Source of the DNA: a virus
Lineage: Duplodnaviria; Caudoviricetes
Direction: 5' to 3' (one strand)
Length of the DNA stretch: 45,214 nucleotides
IMG/VR virus record: IMGVR_UViG_3300025066_002035
Location: 1-45,214 of that record
Shown one piece after another: positions 27,619 to 36,637 of the stretch. Positions within the stretch are counted from its first letter, which is position 1, and each line of letters starts with the position of its first letter. The notes below the pieces were generated by a model. It did no database searches. It saw nothing but the letters and a program-made list of their open reading frames with translations, and was not told the DNA's origin. The position numbers were made by a program, and so were the translations under genes.

Positions 27619-28464
27619 TCACTCCCACCTAAACCAATTATTTAATGGTATTTTGCTCAAATTTTTGTTTTGCGCGCCTTTCCAAGAGCGCCAGGGGCCA
27701 TAGACGCCCACCTTTTCAGCGTTGCTTAAGACAGCGGCCCACCAGGATAGTGTACCATGCTCAAACAATATATTTTTGAAACTTCTAATAAATTCAAAAT
27801 CTTCTCCAACTGAGCGCTGGGTGATCTGGGGACTATACGCCGCCAAGCCTTCAACCAGCTCATTGAAATATCTTACTGATTCCTCGATTGGCACTCTCTC
27901 ACTCTGGGGTGTATTAACGTGAAACTTCATAGATTGAAGCTCGTCTTCTGTTACCGTCGACCATTTAGGCATATCTGTGACAATGTGGAGTTCTTCAAAA
28001 TCAAATTTCTTAATTGCGTTGAGATAGTTCTCGATCCGTGGTTTGGAATGGAACTCATTTTTCATAAACAGACGGTCTCCGGTGCGCATATGTAGTACTA
28101 ATGCATTGTCATCTCGGGTTGCCACAGCGGGAAACCAAGACTTTATGGTTTCGAGATTATTGAAGTAATATCTATAATCTTCGAAGTAACCACTCAACCT
28201 AATATTGTGTCGGTTATACGATTTGTCAAATGTTTTTATGAAATTACTTTCATTTACCTGATGAGTCGCGCCAGTCGATTGGGGTGCGTCATCGATAAAT
28301 TGAACGCCCAGATTCTTTAGATCGGGGATCCCGTAGTAATCGGGTGTTGGGGCTAGCGCATATACTGGAAGTTTGTGATATTCTCCTAGCAGGCGTGCGG
28401 CCGCATATTGAAATATGTTATTTCCAAAGCCATTAGTTAATTGTGTTGTGATAAAGTTCGTCAC
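27619..28464 (-). CDS. GT11-like (alpha-1,2-fucosyltransferase family) glycosyltransferase
   Basis: GFGNNIFQYA, GYFEDYRY, LHMRTGD (HxRRxD-like), TLSWWAAVL. Confidence 0.85.
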   Translation of the reverse strand: MTNFITTQLTNGFGNNIFQYAAARLLGEYHKLPVYALAPTPDYYGIPDLKNLGVQFIDDAPQSTGATHQVNESNFIKTFDKSYNRHNIRLSGYFEDYRYYFNNLETIKSWFPAVATRDDNALVLHMRTGDRLFMKNEFHSKPRIENYLNAIKKFDFEELHIVTDMPKWSTVTEDELQSMKFHVNTPQSERVPIEESVRYFNELVEGLAAYSPQITQRSVGEDFEFIRSFKNILFEHGTLSWWAAVLSNAEKVGVYGPWRSWKGAQNKNLSKIPLNNWFRWE

Positions 28465-29168
28465 TACTTCTTGTCTTCAAACTCGTATTCAAAGGCCTCT
28501 ATATCTGCTTTGGCACGTTGTCGAACTAGTTCAACTAGCTCGGGAGTGTAATGAGCAGAATAGTGAGGCTGTGGGGTTCGGTCTTGCCCCTGGTGGTACC
28601 CAACGTGATTTAGATGCGGGAGGGTAACATCTGGCAGTCCCACTTTGTTGCATGCAGTTGCGAAGTCTTCCTCTACATTTTCGACGCGGCCGATGAAGTC
28701 CACCATAAGATTGCCCTGATTGTCTGATATATGTTCTATCTGATTTCGCATATGCCACTTATCGTGCTGGTATCTTCTGACCGGTCGATCGTATACGTCT
28801 CCGACTTGATGTACAAAGTCCTCGAAAGTGATCTCTCCGTCGACGCCTTTCCAGCCTCTGTCGGCCCAACCAGTGCGCTGACCGGTTCGCGTGAGCCAGT
28901 GCCAATTAGACACGTATCTAGACCAAGGGTTGCGGACAAAACAAAATTTAAACGTATTATCCCAGGCATAAGACCCAATGACGCTCTTCATAACTTCCGT
29001 TCTTGAAATCTCGAAGTTAAACATCTGAATCAGCGGGAGTGGCAAAACGGGCCTTTTCAAAAAAGAGGTGTTCTCTGTGACAAGACCGTTTTCTTGATGG
29101 GGTTCAAAAGCATCCATCATACTTGTGCCGGCGGCCTTGGGGACATGGACAAAGATACCTTTATACAT
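28464..29168 (-). CDS. Sulfotransferase family 2 protein
   Basis: FVHVPKAAGTS (5'-PSB), FVRNPWSRYVS (3'-PB), DFIGRVEN. Confidence 0.9.
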   Translation of the reverse strand: MYKGIFVHVPKAAGTSMMDAFEPHQENGLVTENTSFLKRPVLPLPLIQMFNFEISRTEVMKSVIGSYAWDNTFKFCFVRNPWSRYVSNWHWLTRTGQRTGWADRGWKGVDGEITFEDFVHQVGDVYDRPVRRYQHDKWHMRNQIEHISDNQGNLMVDFIGRVENVEEDFATACNKVGLPDVTLPHLNHVGYHQGQDRTPQPHYSAHYTPELVELVRQRAKADIEAFEYEFEDKK

Positions 29169-29859
29169 TTTCTTTCCTCAGAAACAAAAGATCGCCTGCT
29201 GCAGCTTGTGAGGATAATTTCTCTACTGCTGCAAAACCCTTTGCTGTCATATATTCTATCGTCTCTTCGCGAGACATCGCATCGTCGTAATCAGCTTCGC
29301 CGTATTCTAACCATATAAGTTTTATGGTGCGAATTCTTTCTCCCATACCGTCTAGTACATCGCGCTCGGCGCCCTGGACATCGAGCCAGACAAAGTCGAC
29401 TTCACCCACACTTTGTTCGTCAGCCCAATCATCATACCGGCGCGTCTGAACCGTAATGGTCTCGCCTAGTGTGAATTGGTATCCCTTCTTCAGTGAGGAA
29501 GATCCAGAATTATTCAGTTTTTCATTCTGATATGTCTCGCTGTCTATCCAGTCATACTTGTCGGGGGTAGCACTTTTCTGGTGTTCCTGGTAGCTCTGGA
29601 AGAACTCCGCTGTTCCGTTGGTGTCCGACAGTGCGATATCACATAGGATAGCTCTCGGATCAGTTACATATTTCTTAAACACCGCGAGGTTGCGGGGGTC
29701 TGGTTCAAAACAATATAAAGTAATATCGCTAAACGTTTCCAGGAAGCGCAGAGAGTCCTCGCCATAGTGGGCTCCAATCTCAAGCACCACCGGATTCTCT
29801 TTACCGATGATCTTCTTGAGCATCTCAAATTTAGATTTATAGTGTTTCATTACGCTCAT
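29161..29859 (-). CDS. FkbM-family methyltransferase
   Basis: LEIGAHYG, CFEPDP, WLDVQGAERDVL. Confidence 0.9.
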   Translation of the reverse strand: MSVMKHYKSKFEMLKKIIGKENPVVLEIGAHYGEDSLRFLETFSDITLYCFEPDPRNLAVFKKYVTDPRAILCDIALSDTNGTAEFFQSYQEHQKSATPDKYDWIDSETYQNEKLNNSGSSSLKKGYQFTLGETITVQTRRYDDWADEQSVGEVDFVWLDVQGAERDVLDGMGERIRTIKLIWLEYGEADYDDAMSREETIEYMTAKGFAAVEKLSSQAAAGDLLFLRKENV

Positions 29860-29864
29860 TTGGT

Positions 29865-31016
29865 TTATACTCCTCCTCGGCGCTCGTACACAAACAGGTC
29901 GTTATAAAGAGCACCGACGGCATCGAGGACAGTTTGTGAGTCTGATATGACCACCTTGTAGCCACATCGAGCTAACAGTTCTGCAAATCTTAGTTGCTGT
30001 GATTCTTCGATCATTGTTGATTCTTCTTTGTATGTGACTGACTCATACCATATTGCATCGCGATGTCTAGAGGATGAGACGCGACCAAAGGCGACAGTTT
30101 TATCCCAAGAGTGGTTTGTTATGTGATCAGTTATTTGAAATCTTAAGTGCTTCTGATTCATACTGTCTGTGGCGCGGCTGATCTCTGCTGGTAAGTTTAT
30201 ATCTGATGCATATATTTCTAGTGCTCTGTTGTCTCTCGGGAAGCAGGGCCCTCCGTAACCAAAGCCGTAGCGTGTGAGTTTTTTTCCGACGCGTGAGTCG
30301 GCGCCAATGGCATCAAGTACTGTTTGGGGCCGGCCACCAGACTTCCTCACAATATCCCCGATCATATTTGTATAGGCGATCTTTGTTGTTAAGAAACAGT
30401 TAAGTGAAATTTTAGTTATCTCTGCTTCTGTTGGCGACATACGACATATGCGGGGCTCGTTGTCGGTCATCCGATCATATATCTTTTCCAGCAAGTCGCC
30501 AACTTCGGTACTCCCCTCACCAATCAGAACCATGTCTGGGTTTTCTTGATCGCGAATAATGGTGCCCTGAGCAATAAACTCCGGATTGTATGTGACTGTC
30601 CAGTTGTATTCCTCAAGTCTCTTCCCAAGTTCTTCACAATATCCCGGCATAGTTGTGCAGTTCATTACTAAATGTTTGGTTTCGTTTTGGGGACCCCGTT
30701 GCATCAAGTTGTCCACCAGCCCTTCAATCTGCGAATGATCATAGCGGCCATTCACGAGAGAGGGGGTCGCCACAATCACAAACACGATATTGGAGTGGGC
30801 AAGAGCTTTATCCAAATCTGTAGTGGCTTCGAAGTTCTTGCTCGCGGCAAGTCGGTTATTTACTCGCGCCTCCGAGCTATTAAAGGTTTTATTATTAATA
30901 CTCTTAACGTAAGCCTCATTAATATCCACCCCAACGATACGGTATCCCGCTCGTTCAAGACTCAAGCTAAAGCAGAGTCCTAATTTTCCAATTCCTATAA
31001 CACCAATATTATCCAT
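29865..31016 (-). CDS. Nucleotide-sugar dehydrogenase (UDP-glucose/GDP-mannose dehydrogenase family)
   Basis: GIGKLG, VATPS, YNPEFIAQG, GYGGPCFPRD. Confidence 0.92.
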   Translation of the reverse strand: MDNIGVIGIGKLGLCFSLSLERAGYRIVGVDINEAYVKSINNKTFNSSEARVNNRLAASKNFEATTDLDKALAHSNIVFVIVATPSLVNGRYDHSQIEGLVDNLMQRGPQNETKHLVMNCTTMPGYCEELGKRLEEYNWTVTYNPEFIAQGTIIRDQENPDMVLIGEGSTEVGDLLEKIYDRMTDNEPRICRMSPTEAEITKISLNCFLTTKIAYTNMIGDIVRKSGGRPQTVLDAIGADSRVGKKLTRYGFGYGGPCFPRDNRALEIYASDINLPAEISRATDSMNQKHLRFQITDHITNHSWDKTVAFGRVSSSRHRDAIWYESVTYKEESTMIEESQQLRFAELLARCGYKVVISDSQTVLDAVGALYNDLFVYERRGGV

Positions 31017-31792
31017 TATTTTTTCTCCAAAATGTAAACGGACGGCAGCTTCGCCTGTGTCTCTAGTAAATCTTTAAAATGAAATGTTAAAAAGTGTTGT
31101 CGGCGTTGATCTAGCTGTTGATATGTCGAATTTCGCTGGCGCCAGTTGTCCTCTATATCCCTTTGAACCTGAGCACTCTTTTTGGGGGACAATCGTAACC
31201 ACTTTGTTAGTTTCCGAACTGTCGTTTCCTCCCGTAGCTGCTCGTAACGTATGAAGACTATGGGGCATGGCCGGCTTGGGGAGGCAAACCAAGAGTCAAA
31301 AAATCTAGCAAAGGCGTCAAACTTACTCCACACCCTCCATAGTTGAGGGGTAGGCTCGGACGCCAAAAAAGGATTGTAGTAAAGTTCTGTTATAAGTTCC
31401 GGTTTTATTTCTAGGTGTTGCATAGCCAGGGCACGTGTGTCTTCTAGGAGCCAAGGGCCCGGGCGCTCTTGCATTTCGGGGATCTTTATATCATGATCGA
31501 ACGTTCGGTAGTCGCTCTCGGTAGGCAACGGAATGTCTTCTTCCCAGTGGTGCAACTTGTATGTTTTCCGATTTAACGAAACAAATGAGTCACGGGGGTC
31601 TGCATAGATCACAATAGCCGTATCCCCAGGAGTGAGGGGCGATGTAGAATTTTGTACGGTTTCGTAGGAAGCATGAGTAGCCCCTTGAGGCACTACACCC
31701 GTATCGATGCCTACGTTTTCGAGAACACTTCTTAAAAATCGTGTCCCACAGGAGGTATAACTGAATATACGAGCTTTGCTGACATTATCCAT
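31016..31792 (-). CDS. Divergent sulfotransferase-fold protein
   Basis: SYTSCGTRFLRSVL, IVIYADPRDSFVS and FIRYEQL follow the sulfotransferase motif order, but the basic residues are missing. Confidence 0.55.
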   Translation of the reverse strand: MDNVSKARIFSYTSCGTRFLRSVLENVGIDTGVVPQGATHASYETVQNSTSPLTPGDTAIVIYADPRDSFVSLNRKTYKLHHWEEDIPLPTESDYRTFDHDIKIPEMQERPGPWLLEDTRALAMQHLEIKPELITELYYNPFLASEPTPQLWRVWSKFDAFARFFDSWFASPSRPCPIVFIRYEQLREETTVRKLTKWLRLSPKKSAQVQRDIEDNWRQRNSTYQQLDQRRQHFLTFHFKDLLETQAKLPSVYILEKK

Positions 31793-32747
31793 TTAGTAAC
31801 TCTTCCATATAATCCACCAATAGTTTTGCACGACTTTCCCACGTGTGCTTCTGGTGGAAATCATCGTGCGCAGTTTGAATTATTCTTTCCGACTCTTCCC
31901 AGTTGTTTAGATAATAGTAAAACTTTTCTAGGAAGTCGCTCAAGTCATCCTTGAACTCTACACAGTTTACACCATCTTGAAGATCATTTTTATACTCTTT
32001 TTTAATCTCGCTGCACAATAAGAGAGTTTTGGACATACCGATCTCGTAATAACGACCTGTTACTTCTTCAAATGGGGCCGGTGTGGCGAGCCACATTCTA
32101 CATTGATGGATTTTACGAGCATACTCATCATAGCTTGGGATTCTGGGTGCTGTAGAGTCGGATCCATTTAAAAAGGTTGATACATCTTTTTGTTCCTTCA
32201 GGAGCTCCTGGAGTCTAGATCGGATATTAACTGTTTTAAAGGCACCTTCTGTATACAGTTTGTTGTCATGTAGGGCGCCGCTAAACCCTACGTCGTACAG
32301 CTTTTCTTCTTTGCGGTCGTAAAAGACAGCAGGGTCACTTGCCTGTGGAAGCAGCTTACACGGAATACCAGTTGCCTTTTCATATTCTTCGATTAGCGGG
32401 ACAGATGTCACAATTTGGCTGAACCCATTCGTTTTCAAGAAGTTCAATTTCTCTTCTAGGAAGTTCTGAGGCTTGAAGAGGTACCCAGATGATGGGATTC
32501 CCACCTTATCTAAGCCAAAATTCTTTGCGAAGGCTGCTTCCTTAAGGGCAAACCAGCCCATACCAAAATATATAACATCCGGCTTCTCTGGGCACTTTCT
32601 CAAGGGCTCCAGAATCGATGTCATATTCTCATCCTTGTAGAGATAACACTCGGCTAGTTTACTAAACTGATCGAACAGATAGTTGTAGTGAAGATAGGTC
32701 TTACTTTTTGGTGAGTGGACTGCGGGGTCGATATAAAGTACCTTCAC
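31785..32747 (-). CDS. GT-B glycosyltransferase (CgeB/YkvP-like)
   Basis: LPQASDP, YDVGFSG, EYARKI, RYYEIG, HTWESRA; GTG start at 32747 preferred. Confidence 0.8.
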   Translation of the reverse strand: MKVLYIDPAVHSPKSKTYLHYNYLFDQFSKLAECYLYKDENMTSILEPLRKCPEKPDVIYFGMGWFALKEAAFAKNFGLDKVGIPSSGYLFKPQNFLEEKLNFLKTNGFSQIVTSVPLIEEYEKATGIPCKLLPQASDPAVFYDRKEEKLYDVGFSGALHDNKLYTEGAFKTVNIRSRLQELLKEQKDVSTFLNGSDSTAPRIPSYDEYARKIHQCRMWLATPAPFEEVTGRYYEIGMSKTLLLCSEIKKEYKNDLQDGVNCVEFKDDLSDFLEKFYYYLNNWEESERIIQTAHDDFHQKHTWESRAKLLVDYMEELLNG

Positions 32748-32748
32748 A

Positions 32749-33417
32749 TCACCACCCAAAGTGCTCAAATTCTTGAGGAAATTTGCTACGTACGTTCTCG
32801 CGCAAGGGCTCCGTATAATAGGACTCTTTTTTGCTTCGATCGTAATTCCCCTCGTTAACGTGTATCTGGGTGTTTTCTATTTCTAATTTATTACAAACTT
32901 TGTTTAAATCATCATTGAAATTTTCAAATCTCCCTATAAAGTCAAAGAGGTTTATACCGTCAAGATGAGTTAAATAATACTGATCGATCGCTTCACAATA
33001 GAGGCCCTCGTTCTTTATCGTGTCTCTGTCGCCTACGTAATTTTCTATAAAGTCAACAAATTGTACCGATGTTGAAAGGGAATATTTACCATTAAGCTGC
33101 CGATCATAATTATAGAGAGAGGTTAATAGATCATATTTATTTCTCACAAATGTAAACTTGTAGTAGTCGTCCCACTCATCTAGGACTTGCATAAAGTAAT
33201 CTTTTTTCTCTGCGATCGCTCTTCTTTTATCACTAAGGACTCTATCATTAAGGTTGTTATTTTCTAGCAGCTTCACGATAGAGGATCCACCGGTTTTAGC
33301 AATGTGAAAATATAGTACCTTTTTATCCATTGAAACCGTAAGGGGGGTCATCCAGTTCATCCCCAAACAATTCGGAGTCAAAAATCTATCAATCATCTTT
33401 GTTTTAAACGCGTTCAT
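32749..33417 (-). CDS. Sulfotransferase family 2 protein
   Basis: YFHIAKTGGSS, KFTFVRN, DFIGRFEN. Confidence 0.88.
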   Translation of the reverse strand: MNAFKTKMIDRFLTPNCLGMNWMTPLTVSMDKKVLYFHIAKTGGSSIVKLLENNNLNDRVLSDKRRAIAEKKDYFMQVLDEWDDYYKFTFVRNKYDLLTSLYNYDRQLNGKYSLSTSVQFVDFIENYVGDRDTIKNEGLYCEAIDQYYLTHLDGINLFDFIGRFENFNDDLNKVCNKLEIENTQIHVNEGNYDRSKKESYYTEPLRENVRSKFPQEFEHFGW

Positions 33418-33456
33418 TACTAAAAGTCTTTTCTTCTGGTTTGCAAAAAATATAAT

Positions 33457-34347
33457 CTATCTTGTGACATCTTTTACTCCTGGTGCGTAATCTTGAATAT
33501 TCCTAAACATCCCTTGATCATAAAGGCCTTCTTCTACGGCTTTAAAGTTATGGATCTTCTCATTATAAATATATGAAAACAAAGTTATAATTTCATTATC
33601 TCCCCATCGATATTTATAGATTCCGCCTTCATCGTTGACGGCCGTAATCCATTTCTTCCACAGATCACTTTTAAACATGGCAGTTTTTAATACGTATGTA
33701 TCACACCACTTGATGTAGTGATAAAGGCGACCGGCCGCTGGTTCTTTTAGGAGAGCCTGCATAACCTTAGATTTGGGAACTATATTGTGTGTTTCAATAA
33801 AGCTCTTGGTAAAATCCCATAATCCGGTACGAGTATCCAGGTGGCCCTGATGAGGGTGACCATCTTTAAGACGCTGCCCCACAAAGTAAGCGCCGAAAGA
33901 AGTATCTTGCTCACTCAATGTTTGGACGGGATCATAGGGGAGAGGGCTTATATAGCCCGCTTCATCATCATGAATGAGGGCATAATCATAGAGATGCATA
34001 TCACTATTTTCATAGCCACACAAGTTGCTCTTAAAGTGACACATGTGCAAATAGCCCTTGCGTGCCTTAGAAAAACGGGTACGTGGATACCACAGATCAG
34101 TCCTGCTATAAAACATTTCTTCTTCATTTAAGAAAGAAGGGGTTTCATAGGGAACCGATCGAAAAATAATATTTTGATCATTGTGAGATCGGAGGCGTTC
34201 TTGAGTACTTGAGTCGTCATAGATATCATCAAAATAGTATACATATACAGGATAGTCATATTTATGATTGAATTTCTCCCATAGATTTTTGAGGGAATGT
34301 TCTATGCATTGTTGTCTAGAAGAGATATAATTTATACAGGCTTTCAT
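33457..34347 (-). CDS. GT15-like (Kre2/Mnt1-type mannosyltransferase) glycosyltransferase
   Basis: FNHKYDYP, GYLHMCHF and GGIYKYRWGD correspond to Kre2-family FN..Y.YP, SYRHMCRF and GF.YERWGD. Confidence 0.75.
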   Translation of the reverse strand: MKACINYISSRQQCIEHSLKNLWEKFNHKYDYPVYVYYFDDIYDDSSTQERLRSHNDQNIIFRSVPYETPSFLNEEEMFYSRTDLWYPRTRFSKARKGYLHMCHFKSNLCGYENSDMHLYDYALIHDDEAGYISPLPYDPVQTLSEQDTSFGAYFVGQRLKDGHPHQGHLDTRTGLWDFTKSFIETHNIVPKSKVMQALLKEPAAGRLYHYIKWCDTYVLKTAMFKSDLWKKWITAVNDEGGIYKYRWGDNEIITLFSYIYNEKIHNFKAVEEGLYDQGMFRNIQDYAPGVKDVTR

Positions 34348-34380
34348 TCTTTTTGTGGTACATATCCTGTGTATGACATC

Positions 34381-35088
34381 TTAATAACTCCAACAATGTT
34401 TTTGTATCATCTTAGCCATTTCTACAGCTTGACGATCTTTTATCTCTCGGGTTAGACCATTATCTCCCTCGAACTCGCGATGGTGATAAATCATCGCCGC
34501 GGGATTAAATTGATATTGAAATCCTTGGTGCGCAATTCGCGCTATAAACTCTTGTCCGCAGCCGCCATATCCCTCAAAACGTTCCGAAAACATGCCGCAA
34601 CCGAGCCAGTCGCGACGATACATACAGGCGTTATTTTCAACAATTCGCTCTGCAATAGGGTGGGGATTATTGACTCCATATTTTAAAAGTGTGCGTTTCA
34701 TTTTAGGGTGCAAAGAATCCTGGGGATCATAGGAGTTGCGATAGCCCCCAGTTAATACCTTTTCTTTTACGGCTTTTTTGTGAGCCTCTATAAACCCCGG
34801 TACGGGAAAACTATCGTCATCCAATATTACCACCACGGGTCGTGTAGTTTCAACAATTCCCATATTCCGAGCTTTGGCTAGACAGTATTTGTCGTGCTCA
34901 AAAGTGTCGATCCATTTAATTGAAAAGGGAGCCGAGTAGTCAGCGAGCATCTCTTTGGTATCATCAGTAGAGCCATCAATCGCGACGATGACTTCAAAAT
35001 CCAAATCTGTTTGTGCTTTAAAAGAATCTAAATTTAGACGTAACACGTCGCTTCGGTTATAGGTGGTTATAACAACAGACAAAGACAC
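34381..35088 (-). CDS. GT2 family glycosyltransferase
   Basis: SVVITTYNR, DGSTD, ARNMG, LDDD, FSERFEGYG. Confidence 0.93.
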   Translation of the reverse strand: MSLSVVITTYNRSDVLRLNLDSFKAQTDLDFEVIVAIDGSTDDTKEMLADYSAPFSIKWIDTFEHDKYCLAKARNMGIVETTRPVVVILDDDSFPVPGFIEAHKKAVKEKVLTGGYRNSYDPQDSLHPKMKRTLLKYGVNNPHPIAERIVENNACMYRRDWLGCGMFSERFEGYGGCGQEFIARIAHQGFQYQFNPAAMIYHHREFEGDNGLTREIKDRQAVEMAKMIQKHCWSY

Positions 35089-35792
35089 TAGAGATACCTC
35101 TGAACAAAAGGCGCTGCATGCTGCAGGGCCAGTCTTTGTTCAATTGTAACAGCATAATGATCAGATTTTAAGTGATAGATACAAGATGTAGCATCGGGAA
35201 AAACCGCAGATACCACCTGTTCTGGTAGATGTTGTACCCTGCACTCTTCTTCCAAAATAGTTTTGGAAAGAGCTGGGCTTTCACAGTGTTTAAGATCAGT
35301 TGTCTCTTGTAAAAGAGTAATATTGGAGATCCATTTGTGTAAAAAGATCTTGGATGTTTCCACATTAATAGCACCAAAAAAAGATCCAATATGCTTAGAA
35401 AAACCTTCTCGCGCTCGGGAACATGCAACAATATCTGTCTCAGAGTCAATCAAGTGATCAAAACTTGCGACAAAAAGACAGTCCGAGTCAATCATTAGCG
35501 TGGGGCGCGCCGTTTCTTCCAAAGAATTTAATAAATATTTAGTTTTAGAATAAGTGTTATTTTTCCAACCCTCATCGTGGATTGCTCCAGAATAATAATT
35601 TTGGCCTGTCGCGACTACTAAAACTTTTGGGAAATATTCAAGGTATGCCCGGGTTGTCGCAGTTAACCCGGTATCATAAACAATGATATTTTCTACATTA
35701 TTTAAATCTACATTTTCAAACAATGAGTTAATGAATAATTTTCCAAAAGGCGCATAGTCCTCATTCAATACTGTAAGAATATTATATTTCAT
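35088..35792 (-). CDS. GT-A fold nucleotide-diphospho-sugar transferase
   Basis: IVYDTGL, KTKYL, MIDSD (DxD), YHLKS; start reassigned to 35792. Confidence 0.7.
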   Translation of the reverse strand: MKYNILTVLNEDYAPFGKLFINSLFENVDLNNVENIIVYDTGLTATTRAYLEYFPKVLVVATGQNYYSGAIHDEGWKNNTYSKTKYLLNSLEETARPTLMIDSDCLFVASFDHLIDSETDIVACSRAREGFSKHIGSFFGAINVETSKIFLHKWISNITLLQETTDLKHCESPALSKTILEEECRVQHLPEQVVSAVFPDATSCIYHLKSDHYAVTIEQRLALQHAAPFVQRYL

Positions 35793-36637
35793 CTTAGTAT
35801 CTTCTCTAATTTTTCGCATGCGGCGTCTCGCATCAATCGCACCTCTTCAATTAATGCGTCGCCGTTTAAATGAAACCAATCTTCATGAGCAACGCCAATA
35901 ACCTCCTTCTGGGATAAAAACTTACAGTTTAGCATCTTGGCTTCTACGGCTACGCGAGGGGTTGGCTCCGGATGCCCAGTTTGAAATACGAGGCCCTCAT
36001 ATTGGGCCAGAATAGTTAAGAATTCATGGTGGGTGGGCGCCCGAATTAGATCGTATGGAATTTTAGCCTTTTGACAATACGTTATAGTTTGGGCTGTTTT
36101 TTTTATCGGGTTAGATGATTCAATAATTGCAAAACGTGGGATCTTGGGTGTCGAATTCAGAGACTTTATTAAGTCTAAATCTGAATCACTCCACATACTG
36201 CAATTGATATTATCTATATTCGGTAGGCCCAGGTTCTTATCGAATATCTGTCGATGCATCTTACTCAAACACATAACGCTTTCAGCATTTTGATAGAATG
36301 TGAAATTGTATTTATGAGACTCGTTAGGAGCTATGAAACCGGGGTATACAATGGGGTTCCGATTCTTTAAGAATTTATAGTCGTGCTCGTAGATTAAATA
36401 TTTACAGTGTTTGGCTATTAAAGCCTTGCAAACATTTCGAAGGCCCAGGAAATTACTGATGAACCAAGCCTTGTCGGTATTAGCGAGAATGTATTCGGGG
36501 GTCACCTTGAAAGAATTGATCCGGTCAGCAAGAAGACCCTTCGTCTCAAAATAATCGCTCACGACTTTATCGTGCAGCTCGGCGCCTCCCAGATGCTGGT
36601 CCGCAAAGAAATCTTGCAAGAATATAACTTCACTCAT
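35789..36637 (-). CDS. GT-B glycosyltransferase-like protein
   Basis: GGAEL, YEHDY, PEPTPRVAVEAKML; start reassigned to 36637 after AAGGA. Confidence 0.7.
   Translation of the reverse strand: MSEVIFLQDFFADQHLGGAELHDKVVSDYFETKGLLADRINSFKVTPEYILANTDKAWFISNFLGLRNVCKALIAKHCKYLIYEHDYKFLKNRNPIVYPGFIAPNESHKYNFTFYQNAESVMCLSKMHRQIFDKNLGLPNIDNINCSMWSDSDLDLIKSLNSTPKIPRFAIIESSNPIKKTAQTITYCQKAKIPYDLIRAPTHHEFLTILAQYEGLVFQTGHPEPTPRVAVEAKMLNCKFLSQKEVIGVAHEDWFHLNGDALIEEVRLMRDAACEKLEKILR

Noticed and set aside
33457-35088. GT2 and GT15-like genes are in the same frame, separated by TAA plus 11 codons (possible read-through fusion)
   Set aside because: Same-frame neighbours occur one time in three by chance, both genes look complete, and TAA is a strong stop.
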